Shown: positions 25,087 to 34,358 of the stretch, piece by piece
Numbering within the stretch: position 1 is the first letter of the stretch
Layout of the letters: the number at the start of each line of letters is the position of its first letter
NCBI GenBank assembly: GCA_016180645.1
Contig: JACPAV010000007.1
Location: forward strand, 166,888-204,950
From: Nitrospirota bacterium
GTDB taxonomy: Bacteria > JACPQY01
Reading direction: 5' to 3'
Length of the DNA: 38,063 nucleotides
The notes under the pieces: model-generated
Database searches by the model: none
The model's input: the letters and a program-made list of their open reading frames with translations, nothing else
What the model was told of the DNA's origin: nothing
Position numbers and translations under genes: made by a program

Positions 25087-26271
25087 ATGACGGCAACATC
25101 CGGCCGATCGAAATTCCTCCCCGCCTTGCTTCCCTTCATCGAGGAAGACGACATACGTGCCGTCAATGAGGTCCTCCGTTCGGGTTGGCTGACGGTGGGA
25201 AAGCGGTGCCTGGATTTTGAGTCGGCCTTGGCGAAATTCATGGGGGCTCGACATGTCCATGCGGTCAGCTCCTGCACGGCGGCCCTGCATCTGGCCTTGA
25301 CCGCTCTGGGATTGAAGAAAGGGGACGTCGTCGTCACATCCCCGATCACGTTTACAGCCACGGTCGCGGCCATTGTGCACACAGGCGCGACTCCCTTGCT
25401 GGCGGACGTGGACAGGGACACGGGCAATCTGGATCCCGCGCAGGTGGAAAAGCTGGCGCGGACGAATCGGCGCATCCGCGCGATCATTCCGGTCCATTTT
25501 GCCGGCCACCCGTGCGAGATGGATGCTCTGCTGTCTCTGGCCCGGAAGCATCGTTGGCTGGTGGTGGAGGATGCCGCGCATGCACTTGCCGCGGAGTACA
25601 AGGGCACACCGATCGGAGCTCTCCCTTCGACGGCGACCTGCTTCAGCTTCTACGCCTGCAAGAACTTGTGCGCGATCGAGGGTGGGGCGATCGCGACGGA
25701 TTCGGCCACCCTCGACAGGAGAGTCCGCCTCTGGAGTCTGCACGGGATCAGTCGAGATGCATGGAAACGATACGGGGAGGGGGGCTCCTGGCGGTATGAC
25801 GTTGTCGAACCGGGATTCAAGAACAACTTTACCGATGTGCAGGCGGCTCTGGCCCTGTCGCAACTGGGCAAGCTGGATCGGCTCCAGCGCCGCCGGGAAA
25901 AGATTGCGCTGCGGTATGGTGAAGTCTTTCAGCCGCTGGAGGCGCTGGAGGTCCCCGTCGTCCGATCCGACGTCAAAATGGCCTGGCACATCTACGTCCT
26001 CCGCCTCAGGAAGAGACGTCTCAAGATCGGCCGCGACGGCTTCATCGAGGAACTTCGGCGACGCAACATTGGAACCAGCGTTCACTTTGTTCCGATCCAT
26101 CTTCACTCGGCGTATAAGAAAATCCTGAAGAAATCTGCGAAGGACTATCCTGTGGCGATGGACTTTTACTCACGGGCACTCACGTTGCCCCTTCATCCGG
26201 GAATGACCGACGAGGATGTGCAGGACGTGATTGAATCCGTACTGGACATCTGCCGACGGAACCGTGCGTAG
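25087..26271 (+). CDS. DegT/DnrJ/EryC1/StrS-family PLP-dependent sugar aminotransferase
   Basis: VSSCTAALHLAL, IIPVHFAG, EDAAHA, FSFYACKNL..IEGG, LPLHPGM. Confidence 0.92.
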   Translation: MTATSGRSKFLPALLPFIEEDDIRAVNEVLRSGWLTVGKRCLDFESALAKFMGARHVHAVSSCTAALHLALTALGLKKGDVVVTSPITFTATVAAIVHTGATPLLADVDRDTGNLDPAQVEKLARTNRRIRAIIPVHFAGHPCEMDALLSLARKHRWLVVEDAAHALAAEYKGTPIGALPSTATCFSFYACKNLCAIEGGAIATDSATLDRRVRLWSLHGISRDAWKRYGEGGSWRYDVVEPGFKNNFTDVQAALALSQLGKLDRLQRRREKIALRYGEVFQPLEALEVPVVRSDVKMAWHIYVLRLRKRRLKIGRDGFIEELRRRNIGTSVHFVPIHLHSAYKKILKKSAKDYPVAMDFYSRALTLPLHPGMTDEDVQDVIESVLDICRRNRA

Positions 26272-26383
26272 GGCGACCCGTAGCGCCCGGTTCGAGGCCG
26301 CAAGGACTGAATCGATCTTCTCGGCCTCGCCGGGCGATCACCGTCCGGCATAAAGCCGGACGCGACGAAGACCCCGCCCCTAC
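26268..26383. repeat. REP-like nested palindromic element
   Basis: Bounded by GTAGGGCG ... CGCCCCTAC, with internal stems CGCCCGG/CCGGGCG, GAGGCCG/CGGCCTC and CGTCCGGC/GCCGGACG. Confidence 0.6.
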
Positions 26384-26402
26384 GAAAGACCGCCGTCCAG
26401 GA

Positions 26403-26429
26403 TCAAGTTTTGATCCTCCCGTCCGATAG
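26403..26429 (+). promoter_or_regulatory. sigma28 (FliA)-type promoter
   Basis: TCAAGTTT-N11-TCCGATAG versus the consensus TAAAGTTT-N11-GCCGATAA, upstream of flagellin. Confidence 0.75.
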
Positions 26430-26495
26430 GCTTAATTGAGCCGTCAGGGAAGACGGCTCGTTAGTTGATCCCTATGTGAACAAGGAGGTTCGTGC

Positions 26496-27554
26496 ATGGG
26501 AACGCGGATCAATACCAACCTGGCGGCCCTCAATGCCGCGATGAATCTGAACAACACCCAGAGCCGTGTGGCCAAGAGCGTCGAGAGGCTCTCCTCGGGC
26601 CTCCGGATCAATAAGTCCTCGGATGATGCGGCGGGGATGCTTCTGTCGCAGACCTTGAGGGCGGATCTTCGATCCCTCGAGCAGGCCATCCGGAACGCCA
26701 ACGACGGCTTCAACGTGCTCGGCATCATCGACGGCGCCTCCGGCGAAATCCACGACATCCTGATCCGGATGAGGCAATTGGCTCAGCAGAGCGCGAACGG
26801 AGTCCTGGGTACGGACTCCCGACTGACGGTCCAGGCGGAATTTTCGCTGCTCCAGAGCGAAATCACGCGCATCGCTTCTACGATCACCTTCAACGGCCTT
26901 CGTCTGGGTGTTGGGGGTACAACCACTTCTGCCGGGGTGTACATGGCGTCGAGCGCGCTGACCGTGAGCACGGCGGCAACGAGCATGAATCTGCAGGTCG
27001 GCATCCGAAATGACGTCGCCGACCGGATCGGGGTCGATATCAGTCTTGGAAACATTACCAGCGCCGGCAATGATCCGGGCGGATCACGGCGACTGGGGCT
27101 CACCGCCGTTGGACTTCGGATCTACCATGTGGGGGAGGGGGGCGGAACTTTCAACGGCGTAACCTATGGCAACGGGGTGGCCACGTTTACGAACAACCCG
27201 GCGTCTGGGAATTTTATCGGGGGAATGAATGGGGCCACGCTCAACGCGGCGGGTGTCGCCGTTTCCTCCGTGTCGGCCGCTCGAAGTTCCTTGACCGCCA
27301 TCGACTACGCGATCCGGAGCCTTTCGCTCTATCGCGCCAGAATCGGCTCCTCGGCCAACCGGCTCGAGCGGACGATCTCAAACTCCGAAGTGACCGTGAG
27401 AAATGTTTCGGCGAGCGAGAGCTTCATCCGGGATACCGACTTCGCCCACGAAACGGCGAACCTGGTCCGATCGCAGGTTCTCGCCCAAGCGGGCGCGGCG
27501 GCCCTCGCGCAGGCGAACTTGATTCCTCAATCCGTTCTCACACTTCTAGGCTAA
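26496..27554 (+). CDS. fliC: flagellin
   Basis: RINTNLAAL, RLSSGLRINKSSDDAAG, and C-terminal SFIRDTDFAHE...QVLAQAG...QANLIPQSVLTLL. RBS AAGGAGG. Confidence 0.96.
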   Translation: MGTRINTNLAALNAAMNLNNTQSRVAKSVERLSSGLRINKSSDDAAGMLLSQTLRADLRSLEQAIRNANDGFNVLGIIDGASGEIHDILIRMRQLAQQSANGVLGTDSRLTVQAEFSLLQSEITRIASTITFNGLRLGVGGTTTSAGVYMASSALTVSTAATSMNLQVGIRNDVADRIGVDISLGNITSAGNDPGGSRRLGLTAVGLRIYHVGEGGGTFNGVTYGNGVATFTNNPASGNFIGGMNGATLNAAGVAVSSVSAARSSLTAIDYAIRSLSLYRARIGSSANRLERTISNSEVTVRNVSASESFIRDTDFAHETANLVRSQVLAQAGAAALAQANLIPQSVLTLLG

Positions 27555-27577
27555 AAGTCAGCCCATGGTGTTACCTC

Positions 27578-27657
27578 CTCCCCCCGCCCCGTCCAAGATC
27601 TGAGATCTTAGATTTCAAATCTCAAATCGTAGGAAGGGGTGGGGGGTGCCTTTTTTT
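27578..27657 (+). terminator. intrinsic terminator after fliC, with heptamer repeats in the loop
   Basis: CCCCCCGCCCC ... GGGGTGGGGGG stem followed by TGCC and a T tract. Confidence 0.6.
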
Positions 27658-27782
27658 CCCCCGAGAGACCACCCACCTGCACTCAGCCTCCCCAGCACTG
27701 GACCCAGTGGTCTCCTACAGGACAGCGCCTTGCCGCCGATAGCTGAAAACGCTCCGAGTTGGTATAGTCGCCGCCGATTGAG

Positions 27783-29555
27783 ATGAGTACAGAATCCCGA
27801 CTGCGATCCCACTATTGCGGCGACCTTCGGAGCGAACATCTTGGACAAGATGTCACTCTCATGGGATGGGTCCACTCCGTCCGCGATCACGGCGGGATCC
27901 TTTTCATCGATCTCCGCGACATCCACGGGGTGGTCCAACTCGTCTTCAGTCCGGAGGGCGATCCGGCCGTATATCAGGTCGCACAAAGGCTGCGGAGTGA
28001 ATTTGTCATCTGTGTACTGGGCTCGGTCGCGAAGAGACCCGCGGGCACTGAAAACGCGGGACTGCCCACGGGTCAGGTCGAAGTCCACGTGAGCCGGGCG
28101 GAGGTCCTGAACGAATCCAAACCTCTGCCGTTCACCGTGGACGACGACGTGAATGTCTCCGAGAACACCCGCCTCCAGTACCGCTATCTCGATTTGCGGC
28201 GCCCCCGGATGCAACGCATCCTGATGGCCCGACACCGCATGGCTCAGGCCATCCGTGAATACCTCAGCGCGCAGGATTTCCTGGAAATTGAAACGCCCAT
28301 GCTGTCCAAAAGCACACCCGAGGGCGCAAGGGATTTCCTTGTCCCGAGCCGCCTCTCTCCCGGCGCTTTCTACGCGCTGCCTCAATCCCCACAGCTGTAC
28401 AAACAAATCCTGATGATGAGCGGCCTCAATCGCTACTTCCAGATCGTCCGCTGTTTCCGCGACGAAGATCTCCGAGCCGACCGGCAACCCGAGTTCACCC
28501 AGCTGGACATCGAACTTTCCTTCACCGAGCCGGAGGAGATCTATCGGATCATCGAGGGCTTGATGCAAGCGGTTCTGGAGCGGGTTTTCGGGCGAATGGT
28601 GTCCATACCCTTTCCCCGGTTGAGCTATCAGGAAGCCATCGACCGGTATGGCAAGGATGCTCCCGATCTCCGATACGGACTCCAGTTGCAGATTCTCGGC
28701 TCGGTCTTCGCCAAGACAGGATTCAAGATTTTCAAGGAGACGCTCGCGAAAGGGGGCTCCGTACGGGGCTTCTGCGCGCCGGCGAAAAAGGCCTGGAGCC
28801 GCGCTGATTTCGACCGCAAAACGGAGTGGGTGAAGGAGTTCGGCGCGAAAGGGCTCGTCTGGCTCACCCATGAGAAAGGCGGATGGGCCGGCCCCGTCGC
28901 CAAGTTCCTCAGCGCCGAAGAATCGGCGGCCCTGAAAGGTATCTTCCGTCCCGGTGAGGGAGATACGGTGTTCGTGGTCGCCGATCGCGCTCCACTGGCG
29001 GCCAATGTGCTCGGCCGGCTTCGGGAGGAAATCGCGAAGGAATTGGACCTCGTTCCAAAGAACGATCTCCAGCTCGCGTGGATCACGGACTTTCCGATGT
29101 TTGAATTCAGCGAAGAGGACAAGCGTTGGGTGGCGATGCATCATCCGTTCACCGCGCCAAAGTGGGAGGATCTGGATCGGATGGAAAAAGACCCCGGTTC
29201 GGTGAAGGCTCAGGCCTACGACCTCGTTCTGAATGGAACGGAAATCGGCGGGGGGAGCATCCGAAACCATCGGAGCGACGTCCAATCCCGGGTATTTGAC
29301 ACGTTGGGGCTGAAGCCGGATGAGGCTCGGGCGAAATTCGGCTTCCTCCTGGAGGCGCTCCAGTACGGGGCGCCGCCGCATGGCGGCATTGCGTTCGGTC
29401 TGGACCGAATCACCATGCTTCTCACCGGTTGCGAGTCGATCCGAGATACCATTGCGTTTCCCAAGACTCAGAAAGGGACCTGTCTTCTGACCGACGCGCC
29501 CAGCCCCGTGGACGAAAAACAACTTCGGGAGATCCACATTCGAACCCTGCTTTGA
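27783..29555 (+). CDS. aspS: aspartate-tRNA ligase
   Basis: RSHYCG, RDHGG, RYLDLRR, TPEGARDFLVP, LPQSPQ, FRDEDLRADRQPEFTQ, PPHGGIAFGLDR. Confidence 0.97.
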   Translation: MSTESRLRSHYCGDLRSEHLGQDVTLMGWVHSVRDHGGILFIDLRDIHGVVQLVFSPEGDPAVYQVAQRLRSEFVICVLGSVAKRPAGTENAGLPTGQVEVHVSRAEVLNESKPLPFTVDDDVNVSENTRLQYRYLDLRRPRMQRILMARHRMAQAIREYLSAQDFLEIETPMLSKSTPEGARDFLVPSRLSPGAFYALPQSPQLYKQILMMSGLNRYFQIVRCFRDEDLRADRQPEFTQLDIELSFTEPEEIYRIIEGLMQAVLERVFGRMVSIPFPRLSYQEAIDRYGKDAPDLRYGLQLQILGSVFAKTGFKIFKETLAKGGSVRGFCAPAKKAWSRADFDRKTEWVKEFGAKGLVWLTHEKGGWAGPVAKFLSAEESAALKGIFRPGEGDTVFVVADRAPLAANVLGRLREEIAKELDLVPKNDLQLAWITDFPMFEFSEEDKRWVAMHHPFTAPKWEDLDRMEKDPGSVKAQAYDLVLNGTEIGGGSIRNHRSDVQSRVFDTLGLKPDEARAKFGFLLEALQYGAPPHGGIAFGLDRITMLLTGCESIRDTIAFPKTQKGTCLLTDAPSPVDEKQLREIHIRTLL

Positions 29556-29556
29556 A

Positions 29557-30642
29557 ATGAGCTCCATCGCCGTACTGGGCGCCGGGAGCTTCGGCACGGC
29601 TCTCGCCTATCTGCTCGGCTCCAAGGGCTTGGAGGTCAGGCTTTGGTGTCGTCGGAAAGACCAGGCGGAATCCATCCGGCAATCGCGCCGAAACCCCGAC
29701 TACCTGGCCGATACGATTCTGCCGGCGAGTGTGGCGTCGACTTCGGACTTGGCCGCCGCCGTTCGGGGTGTCGAAACGGTCGTGCTGGTCACGCCCACGC
29801 ACTCGCTACGGGAGACGATACGAACCGGGGGCGGATCGCTGGATGGGGCGAAGACGATTGTGTGCGCTTCGAAAGGAATCGAAAACGAAACCTTCCTGAC
29901 GCCCACGCAAATCGTTCGATCGCTCCTTCCCGGATCGGATCGGCGCGTCGCCGCGCTTTCAGGCCCCAGCTTTGCCAAGGAAATCGTGCGCGGCGTTCCG
30001 ACGGCCGTGACCATTGCCTCTCTGGCGCCGGAGACGGCGAAAGAGATGCAGGCCCTGTTCCGGACGCCCACGTTCCGGACCTACACTTCGGGAGATCTGG
30101 TGGGGGTCGAACTGGGGGGCGCCATGAAGAACGTGATCGCCATCGCGGCGGGGATTTGCGACGGCCTTCAATTCGGTCACAACGCGCGCGCCGCGCTCAT
30201 TACGCGGGGCTTGGCGGAAATTACCCGAATGGCCGTGCGTCTCGGCGCCGAACCGCTTACGCTGGCAGGGCTCTCCGGACTGGGCGATCTCGTGCTGACC
30301 TGCACGGGCGATCTGAGTCGAAATCGCACGGTGGGCCTCCGGTTGGGTCAGGGGGAATCGTTGGACGCGATCGTCAAAGGCATGCACATGGTCCCACCAC
30401 CCGCAACAGGCCGCGGGGCGGCCTCCCGGCCACTCGGTTCGCCTGGCGAAACGGTTGCAGGTGGTGCGATGGTGGCGGAGGGCATACACACCGCCCGTTC
30501 GGCCCGCCACTTCAGCCGGAAGCAGGGGGTGGAGCTTCCGATCACGGAGAAAGTTTACGAAGTGCTGTACGAGGGACTCCCGCCGCGCCGGGCCGTCGAA
30601 GAGCTCATGGGGCGGGAACTGAGGGCGGAAAGTACCGGCTGA
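29557..30642 (+). CDS. gpsA: NAD(P)H-dependent glycerol-3-phosphate dehydrogenase with a 27-aa in-frame insertion
   Basis: GAGSFGTALA, SKGIE, SGPSFA, GGAMKNVIAI, GLGDLVLTC...SRN, VAEG. Confidence 0.95.
   Translation: MSSIAVLGAGSFGTALAYLLGSKGLEVRLWCRRKDQAESIRQSRRNPDYLADTILPASVASTSDLAAAVRGVETVVLVTPTHSLRETIRTGGGSLDGAKTIVCASKGIENETFLTPTQIVRSLLPGSDRRVAALSGPSFAKEIVRGVPTAVTIASLAPETAKEMQALFRTPTFRTYTSGDLVGVELGGAMKNVIAIAAGICDGLQFGHNARAALITRGLAEITRMAVRLGAEPLTLAGLSGLGDLVLTCTGDLSRNRTVGLRLGQGESLDAIVKGMHMVPPPATGRGAASRPLGSPGETVAGGAMVAEGIHTARSARHFSRKQGVELPITEKVYEVLYEGLPPRRAVEELMGRELRAESTG
30388..30473. mobile_element. 81-bp palindromic MITE-like insertion inside gpsA
   Basis: ATGGT direct repeats at 30388-30392 and 30469-30473. 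Terminal IR CACCACCCGCAAC / GTTGCAGGTGGTG (12/13). Two internal hairpins. Confidence 0.75.
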
Positions 30643-30970
30643 CGATTTCTGCGAAGCGGTCGGCGAACGCCGATTTCGGGAGGACCTCGCCACAACCCTG
30701 TTCTTTGGCCTTTTTCTTCTGCTCCGTCTGGACGTGCGAAAAAAAGGCGACCACGGGAAGATCCGGTCGCCCCGAAGACGCTCTCAGACGGGTGACCGGA
30801 TCCGAATCGTTCGAGGTGAAACAGCCCAGGTCGAGTACGGCGAGTTGCGGCGGCGGACCTTTGGGCAGGGCTGAGAGGCTCGGTACACGCACGATCGCCA
30901 TTCCCTGCTTCTCCGCGACGCTCCTGAGCTTCGAGTAGTAGAACAAATCCTGCGTCAGAACCCAGATCAT
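30605..30970 (-). CDS. hypothetical protein, degenerate receiver (CheY-like) domain
   Basis: DLFYYSKL, PQLAVLDL, PVVAFFSHV, AKEQGCGEVLPKS pattern, similar to atypical receiver proteins. Confidence 0.6.
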   Translation of the reverse strand: MIWVLTQDLFYYSKLRSVAEKQGMAIVRVPSLSALPKGPPPQLAVLDLGCFTSNDSDPVTRLRASSGRPDLPVVAFFSHVQTEQKKKAKEQGCGEVLPKSAFADRFAEIVSRYFPPSVPAP

Positions 30971-31097
30971 TTCTCTTCTCCGCTTGCTTCACGGTAGGCC
31001 GGTTGGGGCTCGAGAGCAAGCCAGGCCTTTGAGCCGAACTTCATCCGAAGTGTCAACTTTACTTGCAAAACTTAAAGTAAAATGCTAACATTCCAAC

Positions 31098-31949
31098 ATG
31101 GCGCAGAGGGTGGAAGGATTCCTGAACCAGCTTTCCAACGCTCAGCCGCTCATCCAAAGGCCCCGCGAGGAAACGCTCCCCACCGATCTCAATCGACCCA
31201 CCGCGGGCCCGGCTGTTCGGAAACGACCTGCCGGCGCCGAGGGCGAGCCTGCGCCGAAGCCTCAGAAGGGGGTATCCCCCGAACTCATCGTTTCGCTGCG
31301 GCCGCGGCAGGCGGAAGCCCCTGCGGAAGGAGGCGAGCTCGGTCTGGCCCGCGCGCGAGCGGCCTTGGTGGCCTTGGTCGAGCGCCCGGCTCCTTTTGAG
31401 AGAATCTCCGAGGTTGAATTCGACGCGGCCAGGGTAAGAGATATCCTCATCCATGTTCGGGAACCGGTTTCCGAGTCGGAGTCAAAGGCAGTGATCGAGA
31501 AGCTGTCCCGGATCGAGGGGAGGGAGGCGCCCACACCGGAGGCGCCGAGAAGCCGTGAGGCTGAAGCCGGTGCAGCGCGGGTTGGGGCGAGAACCAGAGA
31601 GGCCGTACCTCAACCTGAGCGCAATCCTTTTGTTCGAGGGCCGGTGGCCGAGCGATTGGGCGTGGTTGAGAAGCCACCCGAAGCCGTAAATCGGCCTATC
31701 GAAGTTGAAGAAGCCCCTCAGCGGCCGGCTGCACCCCGTCGTTTGCCGGTGAACGCGGAGGCCGAGCGACCCGCTCCACCCGTGCCCGAGCGGGCTCCCG
31801 CGGTTGTGGAGGAGCGCCCACGTCGCGAGCCGGAAACTCCGGCGCCGGGACCCCGGCTCCAGGAGGCTCTGCAGCAGTCCGTGGCTTCCGCCAGCGTCCG
31901 CGAAAACGTTTCCGGCCTGGGCGATATCCGGCCGACAGCCGGACGTTAG
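31098..31949 (+). CDS. hypothetical Pro/Glu/Arg-rich protein
   Basis: 283-aa ORF with an ATG start after an AT-rich intergenic region, filling the gap between genes. No recognised motif. Confidence 0.6.
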   Translation: MAQRVEGFLNQLSNAQPLIQRPREETLPTDLNRPTAGPAVRKRPAGAEGEPAPKPQKGVSPELIVSLRPRQAEAPAEGGELGLARARAALVALVERPAPFERISEVEFDAARVRDILIHVREPVSESESKAVIEKLSRIEGREAPTPEAPRSREAEAGAARVGARTREAVPQPERNPFVRGPVAERLGVVEKPPEAVNRPIEVEEAPQRPAAPRRLPVNAEAERPAPPVPERAPAVVEERPRREPETPAPGPRLQEALQQSVASASVRENVSGLGDIRPTAGR

Positions 31950-31977
31950 GCCACTTCCGCCCGTCTGCCTTAATCCA

Positions 31978-32235
31978 CTATCGGCCCGGTCTCAGGTTGC
32001 CGATCAGATCGACGAGGAGCGCCGTCATTTCCGGCAGATTTCCCGAAAGGTCGGTATCGGAAGCGCCGATCAGTTTTCGAAAGGAGCGATACAGGTCTGA
32101 AAGCTCGGTGAACGGTGTGCCGGGGCGGCTCTCGACGGCCCGCACGAGTTCATCCAGGATCGCTTCGATTTTCTCGCGAAGATCGGAATGAACCCCGGGG
32201 GAGGCATTAAGCACGGTCTGGAGTTGGAGCAGCAA
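31978..32235 (-). CDS. hypothetical helical protein; the true start is probably further upstream
   Basis: The frame stays open and protein-like upstream of TTG 32235 as far as the end of frr. Confidence 0.45.
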   Translation of the reverse strand: MLLQLQTVLNASPGVHSDLREKIEAILDELVRAVESRPGTPFTELSDLYRSFRKLIGASDTDLSGNLPEMTALLVDLIGNLRPGR

Positions 32236-32363
32236 GCGGGCCAGCTCCTCGTTCAGGATACCGAAAACGTATTCAGGGGGGGCCGAGCGGAGTTGAGTGT
32301 CGAGGTAGCGCAGCGATTCGCGCCGGTGGGCGGCAGGAGGCCGGGGGGGGGACGGTTCGTTCC

Positions 32364-32939
32364 CTATGTTTCGAGGATTTCTTTTTCTTTGCTCTTGAGC
32401 GTTTCGTCAACTTTGTGGATCTCGTCGTCCGTCAACTTTTGAAGCTCGTTGAGAAAGCGTCGCAGGTCGTCCTCGGGGAGTTTGCCGTCCTTCTTGCGCT
32501 TCTCCAGGGCCTCCTTGGCGTCCCTCCGCGCGTTTCGCATGGAAACCCGGCATTCTTCCGCGTGCTTGTGCGCGAGCTTTACGAAATCCTGGCGCCGTTC
32601 CTGAGTCAGCGGAGGGATGGACACGCGCATGATTTGACCGTCGGTCGTGGGCACGAGTCCGAGATTGGAATTGATGATGGCTTTCTCGATGAAGGGAACC
32701 GCCTTCTTGTCCCAGGCCTGAATGGTAATCATGCGCGCCTCGGGTACGGCGAGTGTGGCCACCTGGTTCAGCGGGAGGTGGCTGCCGTAGTATTCCACGC
32801 GGATATTGTCGAGAAGAGCGAGGGAGGCGCGTCCGGTGCGGAGGCCGGCTAGTTCCTTCCTGAGTGCTTCGGCCGCCTTGTCCATCTTGTCGCGGGCGAC
32901 CTTGTTTTCATCCGCCGTCGCTTGTGTGGGACTGGCCAT
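32364..32939 (-). CDS. frr: ribosome recycling factor
   Basis: LRTGRAS, VEYYGS, IPPLTQERR, RNARRDA; canonical synteny. Confidence 0.97.
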   Translation of the reverse strand: MASPTQATADENKVARDKMDKAAEALRKELAGLRTGRASLALLDNIRVEYYGSHLPLNQVATLAVPEARMITIQAWDKKAVPFIEKAIINSNLGLVPTTDGQIMRVSIPPLTQERRQDFVKLAHKHAEECRVSMRNARRDAKEALEKRKKDGKLPEDDLRRFLNELQKLTDDEIHKVDETLKSKEKEILET

Positions 32940-33018
32940 CGAAGATTATTGTACTACGAAACCGGGCCTTTGGAAGTCATTTCCGGATTCACGCGGCTTC
33001 GGAAACCCGCGTGGTGTT

Positions 33019-33741
33019 CTACCCGTTGTAGACGAGCGTGCCGATCGGCTCCCGATGCACCACGCGCTTGAGGTTCCCCTTTTTCCGGATGTTGAACACA
33101 ATGATCGGGATCGAATTTCCCATGCAGAGAGATACGGCAGTGGCGTCCATCACCTGGAGACCCTTCTTGAGCACGTCCATGTAAGTCAGTTTCGTATACT
33201 TCTTCGCGTTCTTGTTCTTGAACGGATCGCTGTCGTACACGCCTTCCACCTTGGTCGCTTTGAGAATAATTTCGGCGTGGATTTCCTGGGCCCGGAGGCT
33301 GGCCGCGGTGTCCGTGGTGAAGAAGGGATTGCCCGTTCCCGCGGCGAAGATGACCACACGGTTCTTTTCCAGATGTCGGATGGCGCGGCGGCGGATGTAC
33401 GGCTCGGCCACGCGGTCCATGTGAAGGGCGGTCTGTACGCGCGTATACACGCCCTTCTTCTCCAGCAGGTCCTGGAGGGCGAGACTGTTGATGACCGTGG
33501 CCAGCATGCCCATGTAGTCCGCGGTGGCCCGCTCAATCCCCCCGGCCTTGTCGGATGTTCCTCGAAAAATGTTGCCGCCTCCGAGGACGATGGCCGTCTG
33601 AATGCCTTCGGAGTAGACGCCCTTGATTTCATCGGAGATGGATTCCATCGCCCGGTGGCTGATGCCGTAGCCTCCCTCTTCCGCAAGGGACTCCCCGGTG
33701 AGCTTGAGGAGGACCCTCTTGTAAGGTGGGGAGCTACCCAC
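33019..33741 (-). CDS. pyrH: UMP kinase
   Basis: [38 protein letters not shown] 33741 overlaps the end of tsf. Confidence 0.97.
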   Translation of the reverse strand: MGSSPPYKRVLLKLTGESLAEEGGYGISHRAMESISDEIKGVYSEGIQTAIVLGGGNIFRGTSDKAGGIERATADYMGMLATVINSLALQDLLEKKGVYTRVQTALHMDRVAEPYIRRRAIRHLEKNRVVIFAAGTGNPFFTTDTAASLRAQEIHAEIILKATKVEGVYDSDPFKNKNAKKYTKLTYMDVLKKGLQVMDATAVSLCMGNSIPIIVFNIRKKGNLKRVVHREPIGTLVYNG

Positions 33742-34342
33742 GCGTGGATTCGCCGAGCTCGAAACGAACGAAGCGGCGGACGACGATGTTCTCGCCGAGT
33801 TGAGCGATGCTCTGCTTGATGTAGTCGGTGACGGAAATGTTGGGGTCCTTGATGTAGGGCTGATCCAAAAGGCAGACATCCTGAAAGAACTTGACGAGCT
33901 TGCCCTCGATGATCTTTTCTACGACCTGGGGCGGCTTCCCCGAGGCGGCGGCCTCTTTCCGCAGGATGGCCTTCTGATCTTCCAGAGCGGGGGCGGGAAC
34001 GTCCGTGCGGGAAACGTAGAGGGGGTTGGACGCGGCCACCTGCATCGCGATGTCTTTGGCCACGGCCTGGAAGTTCGGGGTGCGCGCCACGAAGTCGGTT
34101 TCGCAGTTCACTTCCACCAGGACGCCGATCTTGCCGCCGGCGTGAACATAGTTGCCGACCAAGCCCTCCGACGCCACACGCTGAACTTTTCGCTCGGCGC
34201 GGGCAAGGCCCTTTTCGCGGAGATAGCGGGTGGCTTTGTCGACGTCCCCCTGCATTTCGGCCAGCGCCTTTTTGCAGTCCATGATGCCGGCGCCGGTCTT
34301 CTCGCGCAGTTCCCTGATCCGATCGACTTCAGACGCAGCCAT
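33734..34342 (-). CDS. tsf: elongation factor Ts (short form)
   Basis: [36 protein letters not shown]. Confidence 0.97.
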   Translation of the reverse strand: MAASEVDRIRELREKTGAGIMDCKKALAEMQGDVDKATRYLREKGLARAERKVQRVASEGLVGNYVHAGGKIGVLVEVNCETDFVARTPNFQAVAKDIAMQVAASNPLYVSRTDVPAPALEDQKAILRKEAAASGKPPQVVEKIIEGKLVKFFQDVCLLDQPYIKDPNISVTDYIKQSIAQLGENIVVRRFVRFELGESTRG

Positions 34343-34358
34343 GGGAGGAATGAGGGGG

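Noticed and set aside
25087-27554. Aminotransferase as a dedicated flagellin glycosylation (PseC-like) gene
   Set aside because: Adjacency only. No other sugar pathway genes are present, and fliC has its own sigma28 promoter.
27615-29597. 660-aa minus-strand ORF and similar long antisense or alternate-frame ORFs (e.g. 22025-23173, 23909-24979, 25066-26106, 29643-30938, 32806-33819)
   Set aside because: They overlap well-supported genes, lack motifs, and are expected shadows of GC-rich codon usage.
33019-33879. 286-aa PyrH with an N-terminal extension
   Set aside because: The extension overlaps tsf out of frame; GTG 33741 gives a normal-length protein.
33734-34342. Short EF-Ts as a truncation
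   Set aside because: The ~200-aa form is a known natural variant, and both termini are intact.
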